From IMG/VR virus record IMGVR_UViG_3300028903_000005: a stretch of DNA of 64,000 bases, one strand, 5' to 3'. This DNA is from an uncultured virus (IMG/VR IMGVR_UViG_3300028903_000005) (Duplodnaviria; Heunggongvirae; Uroviricota; Caudoviricetes). The notes under the pieces are model-generated. The model saw only the letters and a program-made list of their open reading frames with translations. It ran no database searches and was not told where the DNA came from. Below are positions 10,770-20,776 of this stretch, one piece after another. The position numbers and the translations under genes are program-made. Position 1 is the first letter of the stretch; each line of letters begins with the position of its first letter.

Positions 10770-11117
10770 TTACTTTTTATTCTTGCACGCAGCAATCATT
10801 TCGCGTTGTTCCTTCTTCGGGAAATGACTTTTCCCACGAATGCCAAATTCATCACACATTTCTTTGAATGCTCTCGAATGATCACTTTTTCCAGTTATCC
10901 AATAATATCGCAAGTGCATCAACTCGTGAGAAATAATTTCTTTAACAAGAACATCGCTTGCTTTATGAACCCATGTTTTATTCAGATGGATTTTCCAATC
11001 CCAACAATAAGCCATTCCATAATACCCTCTCACTTTTCTTAATAAAACCAACGGTTCATCTATTCCAAGTCGCAAAGATTCTTCCGTAACATATTTTTCA
11101 ATTTCCGAATCCTGCAT
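10770..11117 (-). CDS. SprT/YgjP-like zinc metalloprotease
   Basis: IISHELMHL...DHSRAFK motif. Confidence 0.75.
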   Translation of the reverse strand: MQDSEIEKYVTEESLRLGIDEPLVLLRKVRGYYGMAYCWDWKIHLNKTWVHKASDVLVKEIISHELMHLRYYWITGKSDHSRAFKEMCDEFGIRGKSHFPKKEQREMIAACKNKK

Positions 11118-11203
11118 TGTTACACCACTTTACTATACGCATATTAAATATTTATAGTTTTGTTAGATAACTTTTTATCCTTCAAACGCATACATAATAC
11201 ACA

Positions 11204-13585
11204 ATGCCAGAAATCTGTGTAAGTGCCGTAGAATATTCTTTCCGTAATGATATCCCCATCATCAATATTTTCGGTCGTGATAAAGAAGGAAATGTTCATC
11301 GTGTAGATGTTGTAGATTATAAACCATATTTTTATGCGCTTGCTTCTCAATCATCATTGGTTCCGCTAAATCTTACTGTTGATCCCGGTGTTTATAAATC
11401 GATTAAAAATGACAATCTCATAAAAATCGTAACAAAGAAACCCTCTGATATTCGTGACTACCGCGACAGGTTTACGCATTTCGAATCTGATATTTTATAT
11501 ACACAGAAATTTCTAATCGATACGCAAATCAAGTCCGGTATATCATATGATTCTTCCCCCTGTAACACAGAAGATTTAAAACCCATTGATTTCAACACTC
11601 CTGCGCGCGTGTGTATTCTTGATATCGAATGCTCTGACGAACACGGATTTCCGGATTCTTCAAAAGACCCCATCTTCTGTATTTCGTGTTATGATACATT
11701 TACAAAGAAATATATAACATTCGTTGTTGCTACGTTGCCCGTTGACGAAACACCAAAGGAGAATGGTTGTTTCGATCCCGCGCGCCACGATTTGTTAACA
11801 TATGAAGACGAAAAATCCATGTTGCTGGAATTCTGCGAATATATTAAGTCAATGGACTTTGATATTCTGTCTGGCTGGAACAGTTCTGACTTTGATTTAC
11901 CTTATATTCTTGGAAGGATGGGTGTATTGGGTATTCCACGTGATGCATTGGGCCGTTTACATTCGGGGAATACGGATCGCATTGAAATAAAAGGACGACA
12001 ATTATTTGATTTGCTCGCCGGTTATAAAAGAATGCATTTGGGTGAGCAACCGTCTTATAGGCTTGATGCAATTGCCGAAACTGAATTGGGGAAACGAAAG
12101 ATTAGGTTTGCTGGTAAAGTTTATGATTTGTGGAAAGACGATCCAACAAATCTCGTGTTTTATAATTTTACCGATGTAGAACTTTGTGTTGGTATTAATG
12201 AGAAGGACGAGACGGTTGAATTTCATCGACATTTGGCGCAGTATATTGGTTGCCCGATTGAGAAGACAACTAATAGTATGCCTATGATCGATGTGTTGGT
12301 ATTGAGAGAAGCAAAGGAAAATGGGTTTGTTCTCCCATCGAAAGTTGGGATGGTAAACAGTCAAGAATCGTTTGAAGGCGCAACGGTTATCCCACCGGTG
12401 AAAGGAAACCATGAGAATGTTGTTGTGTTGGATTTAAAATCACTTTATCCAATGGCAATGATGACCATTAACGCAAGTCCGGAAACTAAAGATCCAAACG
12501 GGGAACTGCGCGCTCCAAATGGTGTTAGATTTAAAAAAGAACCCGATGGGTTAGTTAGAAAGATTCAAGCGAAGTTTTTACGTGAAAGGGACGAGTTAAA
12601 GAAAGAACGAAATAAACACGAATTTAATTCACGCGAATATAAACTTCTCGATATGAAACAAAACGTCGTAAAAATTTGTATGAATTCGTATTATGGAGTT
12701 AGCGGAAATCAGATGTTTAGATTAAATGATAGGGATGTTGGTTCAGCTATTACATCTGTTGGTCGTGCCATTCTCGAACACAATAAAAAACTTGTTGAAG
12801 CAGAAGGATTTAAAGTTATTTTCGGAGACACAGATTCAAACGGAGTGAAAATTCCAAAAAGCATTGGTGCGGAAGGAACAATGGTTGTTGCAAAAGATCT
12901 TGAAAAAATTCTTAATGACAGTTATCCGGTTTTTGCCAAGGAAGTTTTGAATGCCGATGTTTCATACTTCTCTGTGAAATTTGAAAAATTATATCAACGG
13001 TTTTTCAGCGGTGGAAAAAAGAAACGATATGCAGGACTCCTTGTTTGGAAAGAAGGAAAAGACGTACACGAAATTGATATTGTGGGTTTTGAAGTCAGGC
13101 GTAGTGATTCTCCAACAATAACGCGCGATGCGATGAAAACATTAATTACAATGGTTTTAGAAGGCAAACCATACGAAGAAACCCGTTCTACAATTTCAGA
13201 AATTATACGCAAATACCGCGCAGGTGAATATGATCTAGACACGATTGGAATTCCCGGCGGCATTGGGAAGGCACTGGAAGATTACGATATTCCCGATGCA
13301 CAAGTGCGCGCGGCAAAGTATTCTAATGAATACTTGGGAACAAATTTCGGAAAGGGGAGTAAACCAAAACGTTTGTATATTAAAAGTGTTCCGATGGGAT
13401 ATCCACGGACGGATGTGGTAGCAATAGAGTATGCTGACCAGTTGCCTGCCGGATTCATTATAGACCGGGACACTATGTTGAAGAAGTCTTTAGAAGATCC
13501 GTTGTCTCGGATATTACAGGCATTGGGATGGGAATGGAGCGCGTTTGATCCTTCAATCACAACTCTGGATAAATGGGGTATTTAG
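11204..13585 (+). CDS. polB: Family B DNA polymerase (archaeal type) with proofreading exonuclease
   Basis: Exonuclease motifs LDIE, GWNSSDFD and YNFTDV. Polymerase motifs DLKSLYP, KICMNSYYG, FGDTDS and KKRYAG. Confidence 0.96.
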   Translation: MPEICVSAVEYSFRNDIPIINIFGRDKEGNVHRVDVVDYKPYFYALASQSSLVPLNLTVDPGVYKSIKNDNLIKIVTKKPSDIRDYRDRFTHFESDILYTQKFLIDTQIKSGISYDSSPCNTEDLKPIDFNTPARVCILDIECSDEHGFPDSSKDPIFCISCYDTFTKKYITFVVATLPVDETPKENGCFDPARHDLLTYEDEKSMLLEFCEYIKSMDFDILSGWNSSDFDLPYILGRMGVLGIPRDALGRLHSGNTDRIEIKGRQLFDLLAGYKRMHLGEQPSYRLDAIAETELGKRKIRFAGKVYDLWKDDPTNLVFYNFTDVELCVGINEKDETVEFHRHLAQYIGCPIEKTTNSMPMIDVLVLREAKENGFVLPSKVGMVNSQESFEGATVIPPVKGNHENVVVLDLKSLYPMAMMTINASPETKDPNGELRAPNGVRFKKEPDGLVRKIQAKFLRERDELKKERNKHEFNSREYKLLDMKQNVVKICMNSYYGVSGNQMFRLNDRDVGSAITSVGRAILEHNKKLVEAEGFKVIFGDTDSNGVKIPKSIGAEGTMVVAKDLEKILNDSYPVFAKEVLNADVSYFSVKFEKLYQRFFSGGKKKRYAGLLVWKEGKDVHEIDIVGFEVRRSDSPTITRDAMKTLITMVLEGKPYEETRSTISEIIRKYRAGEYDLDTIGIPGGIGKALEDYDIPDAQVRAAKYSNEYLGTNFGKGSKPKRLYIKSVPMGYPRTDVVAIEYADQLPAGFIIDRDTMLKKSLEDPLSRILQALGWEWSAFDPSITTLDKWGI

Positions 13586-13611
13586 AAAGATTTAAATACT
13601 AAATTTTAAAG

Positions 13612-13720
13612 TAGTATATAAATTAATACTATATCGCAATTTTTAATAGTATATAAAATTAACCTATATATTTCTAAAGTTAAAAATCACAAATTTCCCG
13701 TTTGTTATTAGTATATAAAT
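13612..13720 (+). repeat. Three direct copies of TAGTATATAAA in an AT-rich intergenic region
   Basis: Copies begin at 13612, 13647 and 13709. Confidence 0.6.
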
Positions 13721-13765
13721 CTTTCTACAAATATTATAAATACTTATACCACCTATTACTATTGC

Positions 13766-13847
13766 TGGTGGATACCCGAGTGGTCAAAGGGGTCTGACTC
13801 AAGATCAGATGTTAAGTGCTTCGGGAGTTCAAATCTCCCTCCACCAA
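13766..13847 (+). tRNA. trnL-CAA: tRNA-Leu (anticodon CAA)
   Basis: Acceptor stem TGGTGGA/TCCACCA plus discriminator A. D arm CCCGAGTGGTCAAAGGG, anticodon arm TCTGA-CTCAAGA-TCAGA, long variable region, T arm GGGAG-TTCAAAT-CTCCC. Confidence 0.92.
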
Positions 13848-14148
13848 TTTTGTTATCCCCCGCGACCCCTATTTGTTTGTCTGATATATGTCTGACAACT
13901 GACAGACACTTGGCAGACATAGAACATACATGTCATGATATATGGGAGAAAGGAAAAGGAAAAACGCAAATAAATATAACGATTGAAAACGCAGTTTTGA
14001 TAGATAGATTTGGAAGAATGAATGGATTATGTTAGAATGACCGCCCCCTTCCCTCTTCGGCATCACTTTTTTTATAAAAGGCGTGTGCAAAGTTAACTTA
14101 TTGTTATGCCAAGAATAAATGTATACATACACGCATTAATGCTCTTTT

Positions 14149-15282
14149 TTATACATTACTATGAGAAAAATTAGAATTACTAATTGACCTCCACACTAAA
14201 ACCCCTAATATGACGAAATATAAAACAAAGAACCACACTGTAGAAGAATACATATAATGTTGATTATCATATATCATACCGTATGCAAAAGGATATTCAA
14301 TAAATGATATAACCTGTAAAGCAATATATGATAAAATCCCGATTTTGTCATTACATATAAGTAACGCCGCTATCGGGGCAAACCATACAAGGTATTGTGG
14401 GGATCTGTATGCTGACAAAAATACTACTGCTATCATACAAATGAATATAAGTTGTATCATTAATTGTGGAGACTTCTTACTAATATACATTTTATATAAC
14501 GACGCTGTAATTACACCTACCGTTAATATCTTAAACAACAATGGCAAGAAATCATAAGAACCTATAAATTGTGATATTGTATATTGTAATGTATTACAAT
14601 ATGTGAAATCTGTTACCATGAGGAATTTATCATAACCAATTAACATAAGACCAATAAATATACTTACACCAATACATAGTATAGTGGCAGCATTTGTTTT
14701 GCTTTCTTTTAAATTATACATCCACAGAAAAGGATATGCTATTATAGGGAATATCTTAACAAACATTCCTATAACACTACTAACATATCCTTTTGTTTTA
14801 TCATTATATAAAGTGAATAATATAGATAACATTAATAACATAGTTGGAAACGGATCGAATTTATATAATGTATAATAAACCACTGATATAGACATCGCGC
14901 ATAATAATGCTGCTCGTAATGCTGTTCGTGCAGGATATAATTTTTTTCCAATATAATAAACAGATATACAAATAATTATATCACATATATTCATAAATAT
15001 AACCATAGAATAAAAAAAAGTGTTAAATCCACCACCTATGGTTTGTGATATAAAATACGATAAAAACATTGGTATCAAAGATAATATTGGATAATTAAAA
15101 AGATTGTTCTCATACCACGGGAAATGCCCATTTAAAACATTTTGTGTAGAATTATAATATAAACTCATATCATATGTATCTGATAGAGAACCTACCATAA
15201 GAAGAATAAAAACAATAAGTATAACTTTAGTTACTATAGAAGAAGAAATGATCAAAAATAAGTTTTTGTTATCAGAACGCAT
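14149..15282 (-). CDS. GT-C membrane glycosyltransferase (GT87 / mannosyltransferase-like)
   Basis: Polytopic membrane protein with DMSLYY, FNYP, KFD, KIFP and SPQYLVW motifs. Confidence 0.8.
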   Translation of the reverse strand: MRSDNKNLFLIISSSIVTKVILIVFILLMVGSLSDTYDMSLYYNSTQNVLNGHFPWYENNLFNYPILSLIPMFLSYFISQTIGGGFNTFFYSMVIFMNICDIIICISVYYIGKKLYPARTALRAALLCAMSISVVYYTLYKFDPFPTMLLMLSILFTLYNDKTKGYVSSVIGMFVKIFPIIAYPFLWMYNLKESKTNAATILCIGVSIFIGLMLIGYDKFLMVTDFTYCNTLQYTISQFIGSYDFLPLLFKILTVGVITASLYKMYISKKSPQLMIQLIFICMIAVVFLSAYRSPQYLVWFAPIAALLICNDKIGILSYIALQVISFIEYPFAYGMIYDNQHYMYSSTVWFFVLYFVILGVLVWRSISNSNFSHSNV

Positions 15283-15438
15283 ATAATCATTTCCACCGCT
15301 TATACGCCAACACTCCGCAGAATGCCACTACTTCAAAAATAGTAAATACCACCCCCCCCTTACAAACACAAATGTTATCTTTTATGTTAACGTTTTCGTA
15401 TATAAGGGGGAATTAAAAAGGGATTAAAATTTCCAAAC

Positions 15439-15699
15439 TTAACTAACGTCTTTATCTTCGTCTTTCACGTCTTTCGGTTTCTGCGCGCGCGGGTACAGAC
15501 CCTTGAATTCGTGGGTATCATATGATTCCGGAAGAAGTTTATCTTCAACAATCAGGATAATTAGTTCGTTAAGAACTTCTGCATAAATCGGTGCTTCCGC
15601 TGTGCGCACTGCGCTGTTAAGCGCGCTGATGAGACGTTCTTTCTTCTGTACATACTTCAATACTTTTTCAATTTCGTCCTTTGTATAATTTTCAGTCAT
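15439..15699 (-). CDS. Hypothetical protein
   Basis: ORF overlapping the upstream RHH-like gene. Confidence 0.6.
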   Translation of the reverse strand: MTENYTKDEIEKVLKYVQKKERLISALNSAVRTAEAPIYAEVLNELIILIVEDKLLPESYDTHEFKGLYPRAQKPKDVKDEDKDVS

Positions 15700-15832
15700 A
15701 TTTATCCATTTCCTCTAATCTTTTAGTCTTCTTCTTAATCGCTTCCTCTGCGACAGTCGGCAGATTAAGACCGCGCGCACGTCCCGCTTCGGCGATCTTT
15801 CTATCGATTTTAATAACTGCATCGCGTGTCAT
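15692..15832 (-). CDS. Small ribbon-helix-helix-like DNA-binding protein (46 aa)
   Basis: Translated by hand: MTRDAVIKIDRKIAEAGRARGLNLPTVAEEAIKKK... Resembles CcdA-type RHH proteins. Divergent from the capsid gene. Confidence 0.5.
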   Translation of the reverse strand: MTRDAVIKIDRKIAEAGRARGLNLPTVAEEAIKKKTKRLEEMDKYD

Positions 15833-15935
15833 GATTTACACATATGTTCCATTTGGAAACATATGTATATAATAACAACCAACTACTATATATACCTTTG
15901 TGTTAGACTTAAAAAGCGAGAGAGGTGCATTTTAC

Positions 15936-16274
15936 ATGTTTGAGAAAGTTACGACTTACCTCAAGAGCGCATACACCAAGGGTATGGAGCTGATTCACGA
16001 CTCCGAGGCAATCGGTGAGGCAACCCTCGCCGGTATCGGTATGGTTGTGGGCGGCGCAATCTTCATCGTCATTGGTATCTTCATGGTCGGCACACTTTTC
16101 AACAGTTTGCCAATTTTGACAGGGATCATGAATACTACCATGTCTAACGCACAGAGCAATGTTTCTCTCGCGTTTACCTTCCTTGGTATTGCACTCTTCC
16201 TGTTGGGAGCGATTGTTTTACTTCTGGAGTTCATCCCGGTAATACGCATATTTGTAGGAGGCGAGAGGCAGTAA
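15936..16274 (+). CDS. Putative major capsid protein of spindle-shaped-virus type (SSV1 VP1-like)
   Basis: Hydrophilic pro-region, then G|EATLAGIGMVVGGAIFIVIGIF (compare mature SSV1 VP1 EATNIGVLLGLFIFILIGIV as I recall it). Two hydrophobic helices, a linker with NTT and NVS sequons, a strong GAGAGGTG RBS and its own promoter and terminator. Confidence 0.72.
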   Translation: MFEKVTTYLKSAYTKGMELIHDSEAIGEATLAGIGMVVGGAIFIVIGIFMVGTLFNSLPILTGIMNTTMSNAQSNVSLAFTFLGIALFLLGAIVLLLEFIPVIRIFVGGERQ

Positions 16275-16288
16275 GCCCTTCGTTTTCG

Positions 16289-16313
16289 AAACGGAGACCA
16301 ATTCTCCGTTTTT
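16289..16313 (+). terminator. Hairpin terminator after the capsid gene
   Basis: AAACGGAGA-CCAAT-TCTCCGTTT followed by Ts. Confidence 0.65.
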
Positions 16314-16319
16314 AAAATT

Positions 16320-17186
16320 TTACTTCTTTTTAAAATATTCCTTTGGTAATATTTGTAACCCATATTTTTGGTGATGACTAATATGAGATTCTTTAAACAT
16401 TGTTATACCATTTCCAATGTCCCATAACTCCTTACATTTTAATGCATCTTCTATTGTTTTGATATTATATTCCTGTATTATTATTGATAATGGTTTAATG
16501 TGATGAACTTCTAAATTGTGATTTCCACGAATTCCCGTAAAACAATCTCTAAAGTCATCTCGTTTCATTACATTATATTTCCATATATACATTTCTGGAA
16601 GTTCACGGATTGCTCTTTCCAATTTTGATACTCCCCCTTTCCAGTTATGATTTCGTTCCCCTCTCATATTATTTCGATGTTCCATAGATTTTGGTTTATC
16701 TTTTAATGCTACACTTATTTTATCTCCGGTTCCCTCTGGCATCTTTTGACCTTTGTTCCACGCTTCCTGACCTTTATGAGCAATACTCATTAAATCTCTA
16801 GTATGTTGTGATGCTTTTTTATTTAAATGTGCGAGTCGATTTGCTTCTAATGCTTCTGGACTATGATGTACATTGTTATGTTTTCCTTTATTAGATTCCC
16901 CTATATGTTTCTTATGGTCTTCTGAAAGCGGAATGTTTTTCTTCTTGGCGCTCATCAAATCTTTAGATGATTGTTTATGTGGAATTCCCAAATTCCAAGG
17001 AGTTCTTCCCTTCATAGATTTACTTAAATTTTCACAATGTTCTTTAGTAAAAGGTGCTTTGGGTTTATTCTTTTGCGATGCACTCATTTTGTCGCGTGAT
17101 GCTTGTGAAGGATGCCTATCGGTATGCCATTCACGATTTTTACGCAACCATTCCTCACGCTTTGATGGGTCTTTTGGTGGTGGCAT
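16320..17186 (-). CDS. NUMOD3-repeat HNH homing endonuclease
   Basis: Repeated NUMOD3 motifs, NHNWKGG, and LEVHHIKP...NGITM...H. Probable start MPPPKDP. Confidence 0.85.
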   Translation of the reverse strand: MPPPKDPSKREEWLRKNREWHTDRHPSQASRDKMSASQKNKPKAPFTKEHCENLSKSMKGRTPWNLGIPHKQSSKDLMSAKKKNIPLSEDHKKHIGESNKGKHNNVHHSPEALEANRLAHLNKKASQHTRDLMSIAHKGQEAWNKGQKMPEGTGDKISVALKDKPKSMEHRNNMRGERNHNWKGGVSKLERAIRELPEMYIWKYNVMKRDDFRDCFTGIRGNHNLEVHHIKPLSIIIQEYNIKTIEDALKCKELWDIGNGITMFKESHISHHQKYGLQILPKEYFKKK

Positions 17187-17188
17187 TT

Positions 17189-17623
17189 TTACTCTTTGAA
17201 TTTTGTAATTATAGCCCCATATCCACATTTATTACATTTTGCAGCAGGGGTATATTTTCCATCAACACTCTTTTTTGATCCATTTCTTTTTATATTTTTT
17301 GATCCACACTTTGGGCACTTCATATCTTCCGATATGTGTTCTATATGCTTTCCATACATTGGGTTTTTATCCCCCATTTTAGATTTGCTAATATTCTCAC
17401 AATGTTCTTTCGAACGCGGGGGTTTTGATTTGCCTTTTAAAGAATCGCTCTGTTTTCTTTTTGTTTCTTCCGATGCTGTCATTCCCTTATTCCAAGGTTC
17501 AATGCCTTTGTGCGATTCACTCATTTTGGCTGTGGTTTCTTTTGATGGGTATTTATTGATGTGAGATTGTTTTTGGCGTTCTAACCAAATTGCGTATTTT
17601 TCTGGATCTTTTGGTGCAACCAT
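17189..17623 (-). CDS. NUMOD3-repeat DNA-binding protein with C-terminal Zn ribbon
   Basis: NUMOD3 motifs (SEETKRKQSDSLKG, KNPMYGK) and CPKCG...CNKCG. Confidence 0.75.
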   Translation of the reverse strand: MVAPKDPEKYAIWLERQKQSHINKYPSKETTAKMSESHKGIEPWNKGMTASEETKRKQSDSLKGKSKPPRSKEHCENISKSKMGDKNPMYGKHIEHISEDMKCPKCGSKNIKRNGSKKSVDGKYTPAAKCNKCGYGAIITKFKE

Positions 17624-18250
17624 ATTTAGTCCCCGCGCGGTTTTGTTTTCGTCATATCCAGTCTTTCTAGAAAACAACTTCTTCCCAATGCTTCAATACA
17701 TTCAACTTCACACAATTCTTCAAATGGGCAATCAACATCTTTAAATGCAGGAGAATTGTTTGCAAGATCAAAAATGATAAAGAATGCCTTTTTAAGTTCA
17801 TCTTTAGAAACAGGTTTTATTTTAGACATATTTTTACTCCTTTCAACCAATAATCATATTTTTACACTTTGGACACATGTAACCAATAGGCATCCATGTT
17901 CGTATACCATTCTTTTCTACGCGAATATATAACCGTTTCATTTTGCCATGCGACGGTTCATCGCTGGTCTGTTTTGAATTGCAGATCATATAATATGGTA
18001 TACACTATAAGTATTTAAATGTATCGGTTTATGTGGTAGAAACTTAAAAAGGGTGTTATAGTAATTAGAAAATTTTATTCTCCCTCGTGCCCTCAACCGG
18101 GTCGCGCGTAAACCAATAACAAATAATTTCTCTCATAGAAGTTACCGAGTGAGGTTCATTTCTCTCATGACGGATATTACAATCGTATCCAGTCAATCTA
18201 CACTTTCTGTTATTGTATCGTGTGCATTGGCGGATGAATTTCATATAATA

Positions 18251-18472
18251 TTACACTTCCCTCAAAAACTCCTCATACTCATCTTTAGAAAAACCGTCAC
18301 TAATAACAGATCCATCCCAAGCAATTATTAAACCATATCTTAAGTTCCCCATTTCGTAAATATCTGCTACTTTACCAATAGACCCGAGCGGGATCTGGTA
18401 GAATGGGATTTTGGTAATAACGGTTCCACCGAGTTTGGATTTTGCCTCTTGCAGGGTGAAGTAGGTGGACAA
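18251..18472 (-). CDS. Small hypothetical protein (possible SH3-like barrel)
   Basis: 73 aa, beta-rich, with IPLGSIGKV. Confidence 0.5.
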   Translation of the reverse strand: MSTYFTLQEAKSKLGGTVITKIPFYQIPLGSIGKVADIYEMGNLRYGLIIAWDGSVISDGFSKDEYEEFLREV

Positions 18473-18791
18473 AATTAATACTCCTCCGGTTCGTAATGTG
18501 TGGTGCAGATGGAAAATGTGTTATTAAATTTTCCACTTAATAAACAACGAGCAATCAAACTCGGTTCGGGTTCTCTATCTTTATGCTTACACGCCCCGCA
18601 ACAACGCGCGCGGTAAGATTGGATCATCATGATTGTCATAATATTAGTATGTGTTCTAATAATATAAATATTTCTACAAAACATTTATAACTAAATAATT
18701 ACCATTAATATAGATTTTTAAACAACACAAACATTTATAAACTATAAGTATGTATATATTATATAAATTTAAAATTTTAGGGTGAACAATT

Positions 18792-19184
18792 TTGGCGGTT
18801 GCAGAAACTTTTACATATTCAACAACGAATTCCACCCCAGAAGCTGTGTGGATGTTAATGGCATTGATAGCAGTATCTTTCTTTATAATCGCGTTTTCCC
18901 ACAAACTACGAGATGAAGATGGTTCTATATCAACGGTGCGTGTAGCATTCTCGTTATTCGGCAGTGTTATTTGTGGCATTGTTGCTTATCTGTCGTTAGT
19001 TATAGATGTGAATACGGGATCGCAGACCCACGCGCTGTATCAATCTCCCGTGGTTGCAATAGTGTTTGTAATATTTAGTATAATCTTATTCGCTAATTTT
19101 GTCTATTCTATAATTGCGCCCGAAATGTTAAAACCGAGTAAAGATGATTACCATATGAGACCAGATGGGGTGCAGAAGAAATGA
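18792..19184 (+). CDS. Membrane protein (3 TM helices), putative virion component
   Basis: TTG start after GGGTGA. Homologous to the C-terminus of the next ORF. Confidence 0.75.
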   Translation: MAVAETFTYSTTNSTPEAVWMLMALIAVSFFIIAFSHKLRDEDGSISTVRVAFSLFGSVICGIVAYLSLVIDVNTGSQTHALYQSPVVAIVFVIFSIILFANFVYSIIAPEMLKPSKDDYHMRPDGVQKK

Positions 19185-20179
19185 AGAAGATAATAATAGG
19201 ATTGGTTGTTTTTTGTTTGTTAGTGGGTGGTGTTTCCGCACTTCTTCCACCAGTTGCACCCCCAAATATCCCTATAACCGGGGATGTTAATTTCTTCTTT
19301 TGGAATGACTCTAGCGATTTTGGAACTACATATAATAAGCTTGCTACATATCCCCAGTTGCAGGACGAAGTTATTTATTCTGCAACTGTATCTCAATCAA
19401 CTGGCGAAAAAACAATTGCTTCATTCATAAGCGAACCATTTCCAACAGGAAAAATTCTGGGACCCGGTCTAACACGATATAGAATGTATCTTAATACTTC
19501 AAGCGATGTAGGTATAACAACGTTTAATTTTATACCATATAATGTATCTCCATCTGGTATAGAAACCAGAATGTTTTTTGGAGTTCCACAAACTGTTGAT
19601 ATCAATACACAAGTATCATCTGAATATTTAGTTTCTTACGCGCGAAGAAATTATACATATTTCCTACCGGGTGAAAGGCTTCTCATAAGAGCAAATCTTT
19701 CAACCTCAAGTGTTGTTAGCAGAACTGGTTATATAAGTGTTGCTGGTACAACTGAAGCCAGTATGGTTCAAATCGGGTATTGGATGGATACACCCAACGA
19801 AAGTTACGCCTACTCACCTTCCGGTGCAACGCCATTGACCCAATGGATAGTTGTCGCTCTGACCGCAATAGCATTATTTGTATGCGCGTTTTATTTGCGG
19901 TTGCGAAATGAAGATGGGGAAATCTCGAAGGAACGTATAGTATTTTCAATAGTATCCACCGTCGTGTGTGGAATAGCAGCATATTTATCATTGGAGATTA
20001 TTATACCGAGTGGGGGATTGGCGACAAGTGTTGTATATCAAGAACCTGTAATAGCAATATTATTTATAATGGCAAGTATTATATCCTTTGCAAACTTTAT
20101 ATATTGCATCACACAAAAAGATATGTTGAAACCGGAGAAGAAAGATTATAAAAATGATGGAGAGGGGGAGAGGAGATAA
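19181..20179 (+). CDS. Signal-peptide protein with a beta-rich ectodomain and 3 C-terminal TM helices
   Basis: N-terminal signal MKKIIIGLVVFCLLVGGVSA and several N-glycosylation sequons. Confidence 0.8.
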   Translation: MKKIIIGLVVFCLLVGGVSALLPPVAPPNIPITGDVNFFFWNDSSDFGTTYNKLATYPQLQDEVIYSATVSQSTGEKTIASFISEPFPTGKILGPGLTRYRMYLNTSSDVGITTFNFIPYNVSPSGIETRMFFGVPQTVDINTQVSSEYLVSYARRNYTYFLPGERLLIRANLSTSSVVSRTGYISVAGTTEASMVQIGYWMDTPNESYAYSPSGATPLTQWIVVALTAIALFVCAFYLRLRNEDGEISKERIVFSIVSTVVCGIAAYLSLEIIIPSGGLATSVVYQEPVIAILFIMASIISFANFIYCITQKDMLKPEKKDYKNDGEGERR

Positions 20180-20481
20180 TGCACGTCAGTAGTTTATTTT
20201 TTTTAGTTGTTGTAGTCACGGTATGTTTATTTGGCGGTATAATGGCTGCTGGAACCTATCAGGCAAACGCGCCGACCAGTCAACCAGATAGTTTGGGGAA
20301 TATGCCTTCGCAGTCAACAAATACGACCGCTGGAATGATCGGAAACGTAACTGCTTTCGAGCAGGAAGGATCGGGATGGATGGTGTTACTAATCGCGGTG
20401 ATTATAGTAATATGTGTTATAATCGGAGGAATGGTAATGTTGCGACAAAGCAAGTTGGGTGGGAATAAGTATAGGACTTGA
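20179..20481 (+). CDS. Two-TM membrane protein, possible minor capsid protein
   Basis: Helix-linker-helix layout with NTT and NVT sequons. Confidence 0.6.
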   Translation: MHVSSLFFLVVVVTVCLFGGIMAAGTYQANAPTSQPDSLGNMPSQSTNTTAGMIGNVTAFEQEGSGWMVLLIAVIIVICVIIGGMVMLRQSKLGGNKYRT

Positions 20482-20485
20482 TATT

Positions 20486-20776
20486 ATGAAAAGACTTGTA
20501 ATAGGATTAATGTTGGTCTGTTTGTTAGTGGGAAGCGCAAGCGCGTGGGTGATAGATGATAAAGAAAACAGAGTTGCGGGAACCGTAGACTTTTATATTG
20601 ATGGAACGGGGGTTTTAAATGTAACGAGTGGGCCGGTGATAAACTTCAACTGGTACCAGAGCGGGGATATGATAAAAGCGAATTATCTGTTCTATAGCGT
20701 CGATGTGTATTATAATTCTGATAAGGATGAGTTGTATAGTCCTTCGGTTGGGAATGTGACGTTGAAAAGAAATTAG
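20486..20776 (+). CDS. Secreted small beta-rich protein
   Basis: Signal peptide MKRLVIGLMLVCLLVGSASA. Confidence 0.65.
   Translation: MKRLVIGLMLVCLLVGSASAWVIDDKENRVAGTVDFYIDGTGVLNVTSGPVINFNWYQSGDMIKANYLFYSVDVYYNSDKDELYSPSVGNVTLKRN

Noticed and set aside
13766..13847. tRNA-Leu as the attachment site or boundary of an integrated provirus
   Set aside because: I saw no second copy of its 3' end in the window, and virus-like genes continue on both sides.
15936..16274. Archaeal type IV pilin
   Set aside because: The N-terminus loosely resembles a class III signal peptide, but a second long hydrophobic helix and the lack of a globular domain fit a spindle-virus capsid protein better.
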